Translations under genes and position numbers: made by a program
Part shown: one piece after another, positions 7,114 to 14,696 of the stretch
Numbering within the stretch: the stretch's first letter is position 1
How the letters are laid out: each line of letters opens with the position of its first letter
The notes under the pieces: generated by a model
What the model saw: only the letters and a program-made list of their open reading frames with translations
What the model was told of the DNA's origin: nothing
Database searches by the model: none
Assembly (NCBI GenBank): GCA_034667685.1
Contig: JAXDQU010000097.1
Location: forward strand, 1-24,699
Length of the DNA: 24,699 nt
Source of the DNA: Thermoplasmata archaeon
GTDB lineage: Archaea > Thermoplasmatota > SW-10-69-26 > JACQPN01 > JAJPHT01
Direction of reading: 5' to 3'

Positions 7114-8526
7114 TCAGGCGGGGAGCGTGCGGATCTCCAGGGCCCAGAGCGCGCAGATCGTCGGGTCGGGGCCCACGGTGGCGAAGCCCAGGTCGCGCGC
7201 GAGCTGGATCGCGGCGCACGCCACGTGGTCGCCGCCCGTCACGTCGACGTTGAAGAGCGTGTTGTCGCTCGTGGGGTTCGAGGCGATCTTGTACCAGTCC
7301 TCGCTGGGCGCGATGAGGTAGCCCAACTGGTCGTTGGCGAGGCCCGCGATGACGACGTGCGACGCGGCGACGTGCTGCTGCACGGTCCACTGCGCGTTGG
7401 GGTAGAGCTCGCCCGGCGCGCCCCAGACCAAGACGTCGCCGATGCGCAGCGCGGTGACGAGCGTGGTGATCTGGTTCCCCGCCATCCAGGGCGGCAGGTT
7501 CGAGCGCGCGATCGGCACGCACGTCGGGTTGATGCCCTGCGAGTCGAACGGGTTGTTCTGGATCGCGCAGCCCGGCCGCCCGGCCGCGAGGCTTCCCAGG
7601 AGGATCGGGTTGTAGGCGTTCAACGTGATCGCCGCCTCCGCGCCCGAGACGCCCGGCGCGGTCACGTACTCCGAGCCCGCGTAGGCCGCCACGATGTCGT
7701 TCGAGATGCGGTCCTCCCACGTGCTGCGGTCCCCCGCGGGGTGCGTCCGGCCCACGGCGCCCTCGCCGAGCACGACGGGCACGCCGCCGAAGCGCGCGCC
7801 CACCTTGTCGCTCACGATGCCGGGCCAGTCGGGCGAGAGCAGCGGCGCGGAGCCGTGGAGCGTCGCGTGCGCGGCGAACGTGCCGTAGACGCCGGAGAGC
7901 GCGCCATCGGGGCGCTCCGCGAAGAGCAGCCGGAACATGCCGTCGGGCGTGTCCTGGTTGGGCTGGTTGAAGTCGCTGCTGACGTAGCTGCTCTCGTTGA
8001 TCTCGGTGACGCGCAGGTGCGCGGGCGCGCGGGCCGCGTAGGCGTCGAGGATCGCCCCGGCCGTCTGGTCGGCGATGAGCTGCAGGTACGCGTCGCTCAC
8101 GCCGCCCCACGCGCCGGTCGTGTCGGCGCCGCGGTGCGAGTGGTCGCTGCTGATGAGCACGTGGCTCCGGGGCAGCGCGCCGCCCGTCGCGGTCTCGACG
8201 CGCTTCGCGATGTCGTACTGCCCGAACGCGCCGTCCGCGTACGCCGCGAAGGAGCCCTGGACCTCCAGGCTCGCCATCGCCACGCTCTGCAGGCCGTCGC
8301 CCACGACCACGGCCCTCACGTGGACCGGATACTCGTGCGCCACCGACGTCCGGCAGCAGCCGAACCCGAACCCGCCGAGGTTCACCTGCCCCTCCGGGTC
8401 GATGCCACGGATGCCGAAGCCCACGAGGAAGTCCGCGGGCGCGGCGGGCGTCGAGCGCGCCGGCGCGACGGCGAAGGCCAGGAGGGGAGCCACGAGCAGG
8501 AAGGCCACGAGGAGCGCGCGCATCAC
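7114..8526 (-). CDS. Secreted neutral/alkaline ceramidase-superfamily protein
   Basis: Signal peptide; VRAVVV, ISSDHSHRGAD, FAAHAT, SPDWPG, PGELYP, GLANDQLGYL. Confidence 0.78.
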   Translation of the reverse strand: MMRALLVAFLLVAPLLAFAVAPARSTPAAPADFLVGFGIRGIDPEGQVNLGGFGFGCCRTSVAHEYPVHVRAVVVGDGLQSVAMASLEVQGSFAAYADGAFGQYDIAKRVETATGGALPRSHVLISSDHSHRGADTTGAWGGVSDAYLQLIADQTAGAILDAYAARAPAHLRVTEINESSYVSSDFNQPNQDTPDGMFRLLFAERPDGALSGVYGTFAAHATLHGSAPLLSPDWPGIVSDKVGARFGGVPVVLGEGAVGRTHPAGDRSTWEDRISNDIVAAYAGSEYVTAPGVSGAEAAITLNAYNPILLGSLAAGRPGCAIQNNPFDSQGINPTCVPIARSNLPPWMAGNQITTLVTALRIGDVLVWGAPGELYPNAQWTVQQHVAASHVVIAGLANDQLGYLIAPSEDWYKIASNPTSDNTLFNVDVTGGDHVACAAIQLARDLGFATVGPDPTICALWALEIRTLPA

Positions 8527-8568
8527 GCGGCGGACTGCGGGACCAGGTCATGTTCCTTCTCGTGAGAC

Positions 8569-8638
8569 GGGCTCTGGGCTCAGGACTCTGGACTCAGGGC
8601 TCCGGAGCCCTGAGTCCAGAGTCCTGAGCCCAGAGCCC
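8569..8638. repeat. Perfect 70-bp loopless palindrome of 5+5 heptamers (GGRCTCH)
   Basis: GGGCTCT GGGCTCA GGACTCT GGACTCA GGGCTCC | GGAGCCC TGAGTCC AGAGTCC TGAGCCC AGAGCCC. Confidence 0.95.
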
Positions 8639-8640
8639 CG

Positions 8641-9072
8641 TCAGGGCTCCGCGTAGAACAGCACGGGATCGGCGGCCATCCCCCGCCCGTCGACGTCCAC
8701 CGTCAGCGTCAGGCGGTACGTCCCCGCCTCGGGGAACGTGGCGCGCGGGATGGTTTCGACGTGGAGTGGCGTGTCGCCCGGGTTGCTGAAGGCGTCGGCC
8801 GCGACCTCGGCGTCGAAGGTCTTCACGAGCGTGTACGTGGGCGGCTCGGGCGGGTCGTGCTGCTCCTCCAGGACCATGTGGAGCTTGCCGTGGAAGGCGC
8901 GCGAGACGTTCTGCGCGTCGCGGCCCGTGATCTCGACGACGCCGTCCTGCCCGACCTTGGCGTAGGCGTTGGCGTGCACGAGGACGACCTTCCCGCTCTC
9001 GTCGGGGAAGACGTGGTCGGCGCCCAGGCAGCCGCACGCCGCCAGGGCCACGAGGAGGGCGCGCCAGCGCAT
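8641..9072 (-). CDS. Putative lipoprotein with beta-sandwich-like domain
   Basis: MRWRALLVALAACGCLG lipobox-like N-terminus; FPEAGTYRLTLTVDV strand. Confidence 0.7.
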   Translation of the reverse strand: MRWRALLVALAACGCLGADHVFPDESGKVVLVHANAYAKVGQDGVVEITGRDAQNVSRAFHGKLHMVLEEQHDPPEPPTYTLVKTFDAEVAADAFSNPGDTPLHVETIPRATFPEAGTYRLTLTVDVDGRGMAADPVLFYAEP

Positions 9073-9111
9073 CGTGCCCGAGGTGGTGGCGCCCCTGCTT
9101 GAGGGTCGCGC

Positions 9112-9501
9112 CTATTCGAGGACGTGCGGGATCGGCGGCGCGATGCGCGCGTGCCTGGCGACCTCGTCGAGGATCTGGCCGGGATCGGGGACGTCGAGCG
9201 TCACCTCGTCGAACTCGGCGTGGTCCTTCAGGTGGAGCGTCAAGGCCTGCTTGGTGGCGCGGCGGATGTCCACGAACTTCCACTGCGCGTTGTCGTGGAA
9301 CGTGCCGCAGGCGATGATCTGCGGGAGGTGCGTGCCGACGCGGACGGTCGTGATGCCGGGCCAGCCCGGCGCGCCCACCTCGGCGTTCTCGATGGTGGCG
9401 TAGGGGACGACCAGCGCGCGGCGCATGGCCTCGACGCGCTGGACGCCTTCGAGCCGGATCGCGAGGTGGTCCTGGTGGAACTCGAACCGGGGCGAGGACA
9501 T
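9112..9501 (-). CDS. Hypothetical protein, possible PH-like domain (129 aa)
   Basis: From ATG9501: LVVPYATIENAEV, RVGTHLPQIIACGTF, ALTLHL, VTLDVPDP. Confidence 0.7.
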   Translation of the reverse strand: MSSPRFEFHQDHLAIRLEGVQRVEAMRRALVVPYATIENAEVGAPGWPGITTVRVGTHLPQIIACGTFHDNAQWKFVDIRRATKQALTLHLKDHAEFDEVTLDVPDPGQILDEVARHARIAPPIPHVLE

Positions 9502-9706
9502 GCCCCTGGTTCGCGCGTCGGAGGGTTTGACGACGCTCGGAGGTGAAGAACCGGCGCGGGCCACTGCGCGCCGGTTCTTCGAGCGATCCAGGCGGCTGGG
9601 CGCCGTAACCGTTTGCAGGATCGGTCTTGCCAAGCCAGATTCACACGAATACTCCGCAATCGGGATGAGCGCGCGGGTGTCTCCACATCGCGGATCGGTG
9701 GGAGAC

Positions 9707-10279
9707 ATGTCGATGCGTATCCTCGCGCTTCTCGCGCTCGCGCTAACAACTTCGCCCCTCGCCAGCGCGCATCTGGCGGACGTCGCGGTCGGGCCCTCGG
9801 GGCCCAGCGTGGACCAGAACCCCTCGACGTACTTCGTGGACGTGGCGGCCGACGTCCCGGAGACGCCGCACAGCTCCACCGCCGCGGCGGACGACTGCGC
9901 CGGGAGCGGCCATCCCGCGGGACCCAGCGGCGTCGTGGAGGGGATCGCCGACCGCGAGTCCTCCACCCTCGGGGGCGCCGTGGCCGCCCTCGCCAACCCC
10001 GACGGCCCCAACGTCTACGTCCGGGGGGCCCTCCCCCGGTGCGTCGCGACGTGGGACGTCTGCCCGCCGACCCTCGGCATCCTCTCGTGCACGTACGCCT
10101 CCTACGACGTCACCAGCGGCCGTTACTACGTGACGACCGACACCCACCCTGACCTGCCCATCCACGTGTGGACCTCCACCTCCTCCGGGACCGCATCCAG
10201 CGACACCGCCATCACCGGCACGACGGGCCTGATCGTGGAGAACGACTGCCTGGACTGCCCGCCCCCCGTGTGCTGCTGA
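9707..10279 (+). CDS. Secreted Ser/Thr/Cys-rich protein (190 aa)
   Basis: GGAG SD before ATG9707; signal peptide MRILALLALALTTSPLASA; ends DCLDCPPPVCC. Confidence 0.72.
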   Translation: MSMRILALLALALTTSPLASAHLADVAVGPSGPSVDQNPSTYFVDVAADVPETPHSSTAAADDCAGSGHPAGPSGVVEGIADRESSTLGGAVAALANPDGPNVYVRGALPRCVATWDVCPPTLGILSCTYASYDVTSGRYYVTTDTHPDLPIHVWTSTSSGTASSDTAITGTTGLIVENDCLDCPPPVCC

Positions 10280-10339
10280 GGGGGCCCGCGCACGCCGGTC
10301 CCGCTCGCGGCCCTCGCGCTGCCCGCCGCCATCGCCGCA

Positions 10340-12355
10340 TTGGGCGTCCTGATCCTCGCCGCGCGCCCCGGGGCGCCCGCGCACAAGGTCCTCGGGGCGC
10401 TCCTGCTGCTGCGCGCGGGCTTCATGGGCGCCTTCGCGCTCGCCACGTCGGCCTCCGGGCCGGGGGACGCGCTCGCCCTCTCGTTCGTCGGCGCCGCGTG
10501 GTCGCTCGCCATCCCCGCGCTCGTCGTGTATGCGGCGCGGACGCTCTGGCCCTCGCGCGCCCCCCGCGCCACGGGCTGGCTCCTCGTCGTCCTCGTCGCC
10601 GCGGCCGCGCTCCTGGGCGTCGCGTCCGCGGCCGACCCGGCCATGCTCGTCGCGTCGGTCCAGCGGGTGCCGGGCGGATGGGGCGCCGCGAGCGGGCCGC
10701 TGCTCTACGTCAACGCGGCGCTCTCCGCGGCCGCCGACGCCGCCTTCGTCCTCGTCGCGGCGCGCGCGACCCGCGATCCCGAGGCCTCCGAGCCCGCGCG
10801 GCGCGCGGCCGGGCTCCTGGGGCTCGCGTTCGGCGTCTTCACGCTCTACTCGGCCGGCTTCTTCGCCGCCAGCGCGCTCACGCAGCCCGGCCGGCTCGCC
10901 GCGCCGCTCTTCGCGCTGCGCGCCACCGCGACGATGGCCGCCGGGCTCGCGATCCTCACGCAGGCGCCGCGCCTCGCGAGCCCCGCCCGCGCCTGGGGTC
11001 CTCCCGTCGCAGCCTGCGCGCTCGCGGTCGCCGGCCTGGGCGCGCTCGACGACCTCCTGGGCGACCGGGGCGCCGACGCGCTGCTGCGCGCGCTCTTCGG
11101 CGCGCTCGTGATCGTCGCGGTGGTCCGCTACGGCCTCGCCTCGGCCGATCCGCGCGAGCGGGCCCGCGCGCGCTCCGGCCTGCGCATCCTGCTCGCGGGC
11201 GCCTCCGCGGCCGCGGTCGGGCTCCTCGTGCAGGCGGGCCTGGGCGCGGGCGCGCTCGCGTGGGGCGCGGCGGGGAGCGCGGCGCTCCTGGCCTTCGCCC
11301 TCGCGTGGCGCCCGATGGACCTCCTCGCGGCGCGCATCCTTCTCGCCACCGACGACCCGCGCGCCGTCGCCGAGCGCGCCCGCCGCTACGCCGCCGCGTT
11401 CGCCATCGCGGGCGAGACGCCGGCGCTGGAAGAGCTTCGCCGCAGCCTCGGCATCACGCTCCACGAGCACCAGCTCCTCGTCCAGGGGCGCGCGTCGCGC
11501 GAGGCGATCGGCCGCTATGCGCTGGGCCCGGAGCTCCACCGCGGGAGCACGGCGAGCGTGCACCTCGCCACGGACGCGCAGACGGGCCGCGAGGTCGTCG
11601 TGAAGCGCTTCCACGCCGCGCGCGAGGGGCAGCGCATCCTCGCCGAGGCGCGCGCTCTCCAGGCCGCCGCGAGCCCGCGCGTCGTCCGCCTGCTCGACGT
11701 GGGGCACGAGGACGGCCGCGCGTTCCTCGTCATGGAGCGGGCGGCCGGCGGCAGCGCGCGCGACGCGCTCGACCGCGCGGGGCCATTTCCCCCGGAGCGC
11801 GCCGTCGCGCTCGTCGAGGACCTGCTGGAGGCGCTCGACGCGATGCACGCGGCCGGGCTCGTGCATGGCGACGTGAAGTGCGAGAACCTGCTTCTCGACG
11901 CGGACGGGCGCGGCCTCCTGGCCGACCTTGGCTCCGCGCGCGCCTCCGACCCGACGAGCACGCTCACCAGCGCGGACGCGGAGGGAAGCCTCGCGACGCT
12001 GGCGCCCGAGGTCGCGCGCGGCCAGCGCCCCACCCCCGCGGCCGACCTCTACGCCGCCGGCGCGGTCCTCTATCGTCTGCTCACCGGTGAGCACCCCATC
12101 GACTTGGCGGGGCTCGACGCGCTCTCGGCGCGCGACCGCCTGCTCATCGCGCCGCCGCGCCTGCCGCACGAGCGCGTGCCCGCGTGGCTCGCCCCCATCC
12201 TGCGCAGCGCGCTCGCCAAGCGGCCCGAGGAGCGGCCCGCCAGCGCGGCGGCGTTCCGCGGCCTGCTCAGGACTGGAAGACCAGGTGCGAGCGCCCCACG
12301 CCCACGATATCACCCGGCCGGAGCGGCACCGACGTCCCGCGACCGACCGGCGTGA
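10340..12355 (+). CDS. Multi-pass membrane Hanks-type Ser/Thr protein kinase (start uncertain)
   Basis: About 340 aa of hydrophobic helices, then LHRGSTASVHLA, VVVKRF, LAEARAL, LVME, HGDVKCEN, ADLG, LAPE, ADLYAAG, PEERP. Confidence 0.88.
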   Translation: MGVLILAARPGAPAHKVLGALLLLRAGFMGAFALATSASGPGDALALSFVGAAWSLAIPALVVYAARTLWPSRAPRATGWLLVVLVAAAALLGVASAADPAMLVASVQRVPGGWGAASGPLLYVNAALSAAADAAFVLVAARATRDPEASEPARRAAGLLGLAFGVFTLYSAGFFAASALTQPGRLAAPLFALRATATMAAGLAILTQAPRLASPARAWGPPVAACALAVAGLGALDDLLGDRGADALLRALFGALVIVAVVRYGLASADPRERARARSGLRILLAGASAAAVGLLVQAGLGAGALAWGAAGSAALLAFALAWRPMDLLAARILLATDDPRAVAERARRYAAAFAIAGETPALEELRRSLGITLHEHQLLVQGRASREAIGRYALGPELHRGSTASVHLATDAQTGREVVVKRFHAAREGQRILAEARALQAAASPRVVRLLDVGHEDGRAFLVMERAAGGSARDALDRAGPFPPERAVALVEDLLEALDAMHAAGLVHGDVKCENLLLDADGRGLLADLGSARASDPTSTLTSADAEGSLATLAPEVARGQRPTPAADLYAAGAVLYRLLTGEHPIDLAGLDALSARDRLLIAPPRLPHERVPAWLAPILRSALAKRPEERPASAAAFRGLLRTGRPGASAPRPRYHPAGAAPTSRDRPA

Positions 12356-12959
12356 AGTTCACGCGCGCGGGGTTGCGCGCCTGCGGCTCCGAGGAGAGGA
12401 CGAACGCCGCGCCCTCGCGCGCGATGCCCGCGCTGCGCGAGCTGGCGAACGGGTCGTACTCCAGCGTGATATCATTCTGCCGCGAGCGCCCGACGCTCCA
12501 CGGGCCGGGCCCGTCGAGCCCGAACGCGCGCCCCTCCCACGGCCCCCCCAAGAGCACGAGCCGCGGGCTCCGGGGCCACTCGGGGCTGACCGCCGCGCCG
12601 CCCTCCGCCTCCGTCGCGTCCACGTCGACGCGCATCGTGGGCTCGATCGCCGTCAAGCCGCGCAGGTCCTCGACCACCGCGAAGAGGCGCTGCGCGCTCA
12701 CCACGAACTTGGAGGCGCCCTCCCCGTCGAGGCGGTTGACGAAGCCCGATTCCTCCAGCACGTCCAGGTGCAGGCTGATCGCCTGGCGGCTCATCGTGCG
12801 CTCCGCGCTCAGGTCCGCGTCGCGCCGACGCGGCCGCACGTCCACGTCCGCGGGCGCGCGGGGCGTCCGGAGCTGGAAGAGAAGCTCCAGGCGCGCCGGG
12901 TGCGAGAGGGCGCGCAGGTGCGCGCTGAGGCGCTCGAGGTCGACGTCCGGCTCGGCCAT
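12267..12959 (-). CDS. ArsR-like winged-HTH + FHA-domain transcriptional regulator
   Basis: LRALSHPARLELL...MSRQAISLHLDVLEESGFV (wHTH); WSVGRS, DPFASSRSA, RNPARVN, LRPGDIVGVGRSHLVF (FHA). Confidence 0.85.
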   Translation of the reverse strand: MAEPDVDLERLSAHLRALSHPARLELLFQLRTPRAPADVDVRPRRRDADLSAERTMSRQAISLHLDVLEESGFVNRLDGEGASKFVVSAQRLFAVVEDLRGLTAIEPTMRVDVDATEAEGGAAVSPEWPRSPRLVLLGGPWEGRAFGLDGPGPWSVGRSRQNDITLEYDPFASSRSAGIAREGAAFVLSSEPQARNPARVNFTPVGRGTSVPLRPGDIVGVGRSHLVFQS

Positions 12960-12990
12960 GGGGAATCGTGGGAGCGGTGGTCGTCGAACG

Positions 12991-12997
12991 AATAAAA
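12991..12997 (-). promoter_or_regulatory. TATA box of the wHTH-FHA gene (TTTTATT)
   Basis: About 32 nt upstream of ATG12959 on the minus strand. Confidence 0.6.
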
Positions 12998-13037
12998 CTT
13001 CGCCACGGAGCCGTCCCCGCTCGCGATGGATTCATGC

Positions 13038-13064
13038 TCTATGGCTCCACCATAGATGTCATAG
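13038..13064. promoter_or_regulatory. Candidate toxin-antitoxin operator
   Basis: TCTATGG-N5-CCATAGA plus a further CATAG half-site just upstream of the antitoxin ATG. Confidence 0.5.
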
Positions 13065-13071
13065 GGTTCCC

Positions 13072-13272
13072 ATGGGCGCTTCGAGCATCCAGGTCTCCGA
13101 CGACACCCGCGCCGCGCTGCGACGTTACAAGACGGACGGCATGACGTATGAGGACGTCCTCAAGCTCATGATGCAGATCATGCCGCCCGAAGAATTCCAC
13201 GCGCTCTACGCCAAGTGGCAGAAGCAGGTCGCGGACGGCATCCGAAAGTCCAAGAAATGGTCCTCCTTCTAA
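13072..13272 (+). CDS. Ribbon-helix-helix antitoxin-like protein (66 aa)
   Basis: SSIQVSDDTRAALRRYKTDGMTYEDVLKLMM fits the archaeal RHH pattern; 6 nt upstream of a RelE-like gene. Confidence 0.75.
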   Translation: MGASSIQVSDDTRAALRRYKTDGMTYEDVLKLMMQIMPPEEFHALYAKWQKQVADGIRKSKKWSSF

Positions 13273-13278
13273 CACACG

Positions 13279-13638
13279 ATGGGATGGACGCTCGCGCAGC
13301 ACCGAGGCTTCGCGCGTGAGCTTGCGAAGCTCGACCGCGCGGACGCCGACGCCGTTCGAGCGAGCCTGGAACGCCTGAGGGCGCAGCTGGTTCGCGCAGG
13401 TTCCGTTGATCCGCGGAAGACGTTCTCCTCGGAGGCCCTCTTGCCCGTGCCCGACCTCCAGCCCTTGCGTGCGACGGGCATCCCGGGCTCATACCGGCTC
13501 CGCGTGGGCCGGCATCGCGTCGCGCTCGCGATCCTGCCAGACGAGCGGCTCGTGCTGTTCACGGTCCTCGCGCGCCGCGACGAGACGACGTATGACAAGC
13601 TGCCCGAGCTTCACCGGAAGCGGTTCGCCGATCGGTAG
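13279..13638 (+). CDS. RelE/ParE-family toxin
   Basis: WTLAQHRGFARELAKLD; SYRLRVGRHRVALAI...LFTVLARRDETTY. Confidence 0.78.
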   Translation: MGWTLAQHRGFARELAKLDRADADAVRASLERLRAQLVRAGSVDPRKTFSSEALLPVPDLQPLRATGIPGSYRLRVGRHRVALAILPDERLVLFTVLARRDETTYDKLPELHRKRFADR

Positions 13639-13653
13639 GCGACGAGTCCGGCA

Positions 13654-14631
13654 CTATCCTTCCGAATAGTCGTAGAACCCCTTGCCCGTCTTCCGGCCGA
13701 GCCGTCCGCTCGCCACGAGCTGCTGCACGATCTGCGGCGTGCGCTGCGATTCGGAGACACCCATCTCGCGCATGTTCTTGGCGACGTGCCAGACGACGTC
13801 GAGGCCGACCATGTCGGCCAATTCCAGCGGGCCCATGGGCCAGCCGGCGCCGGTCTTCATCGCCTTGTCGATGTCGCGGGCGCTGGCGATGCCCTCCTCG
13901 TAGATGTTGAACGCCTCGGTGAAGGCGCGGCCCAGGATGCGGTTCACGACGAAGCCGGGCGTCTCCTTGACCTTCACGGGCAGCATCGGATAGCGGTGGT
14001 TGCGCAGCTCTTCGAGGAAGCTGATCGTCTCCTCGACGACGCTCTCGGACGTCTCCAGCGCGGGGATGACCTCGACGAGCGGGAGCGTGGTGGGCGGGTT
14101 GAAGAAGTGCGCGCCGAGCACCTTCTGCCGGCGGTCCTTCACGGCGCTGGCGATCTCGGTGATGGAGAGCGCGCTGGTGTTCGTCGCGAGGATGGCGTGG
14201 CGCGGCGTGTGCTTCTCCAGGTCCGCGAACACGGCCTTCTTGATATCCATCCGCTCGACGACGGCCTCGACGACGAAGTCCACGTCGGCCAGGTCGTCGT
14301 AGGAGGTCGTGCCCTTGATCGACTTGAGGACGCGGGCCGCGCGGTCCTGCGTGTACGTGGCCGACTTCGCCTCGCGGATCTTGGCCTTCTGCTCGTCGGT
14401 GAGCTTGATGCCGTTGTCCGTCTCGATGCGTTCGATCTCGCGGTCGCCCTTGCCCTGGTGGAACTGGACGAGCCCCGAGAGGCTCGACTCGATGTTCTTC
14501 AGGCCGCGCTGCACGAACTCGTCCTTGACGTCCTTGAGGACGACCTGCTTGCCGTTGAGCGCGAAGACCTCGGCGATGGCGGCGCCCATGGCGCCCGCGC
14601 CGACCACGGCCACCTTCTCGACGTAGACCAT
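13654..14631 (-). CDS. hbd: 3-hydroxyacyl-CoA (3-hydroxybutyryl-CoA) dehydrogenase
   Basis: VAVVGAGAMG, VVEAVVERMDIKK, ATNTSALSIT, HFFNPP, LVEVI, PGFVVNRIL, PMGPLELADMVGLD, GRKTGKGFYDY. Confidence 0.92.
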   Translation of the reverse strand: MVYVEKVAVVGAGAMGAAIAEVFALNGKQVVLKDVKDEFVQRGLKNIESSLSGLVQFHQGKGDREIERIETDNGIKLTDEQKAKIREAKSATYTQDRAARVLKSIKGTTSYDDLADVDFVVEAVVERMDIKKAVFADLEKHTPRHAILATNTSALSITEIASAVKDRRQKVLGAHFFNPPTTLPLVEVIPALETSESVVEETISFLEELRNHRYPMLPVKVKETPGFVVNRILGRAFTEAFNIYEEGIASARDIDKAMKTGAGWPMGPLELADMVGLDVVWHVAKNMREMGVSESQRTPQIVQQLVASGRLGRKTGKGFYDYSEG

Positions 14632-14696
14632 GCTGCGCGCCAGCGGCACGGGCCGCCATAAGCTTGGCGTCGTCGCGGCTCCGATGGCGAGTGAAC

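Noticed and set aside
7061-8551. N-terminal ~500 aa of ORF 6179..8551
   Set aside because: Out-of-frame overlap with the ceramidase-like gene; the real protein starts at the signal peptide (7060)
8569-8638. CRISPR array
   Set aside because: 7-bp units with no spacers, and no cas genes in the window
9743-12313. 856-aa minus-strand ORF and 10168..12090 plus-strand ORF
   Set aside because: Shadow frames of the kinase gene with no recognisable motifs
12960-13653. Mobile element or island boundary around the TA pair
   Set aside because: No integrase, transposase, terminal repeats or target duplications visible
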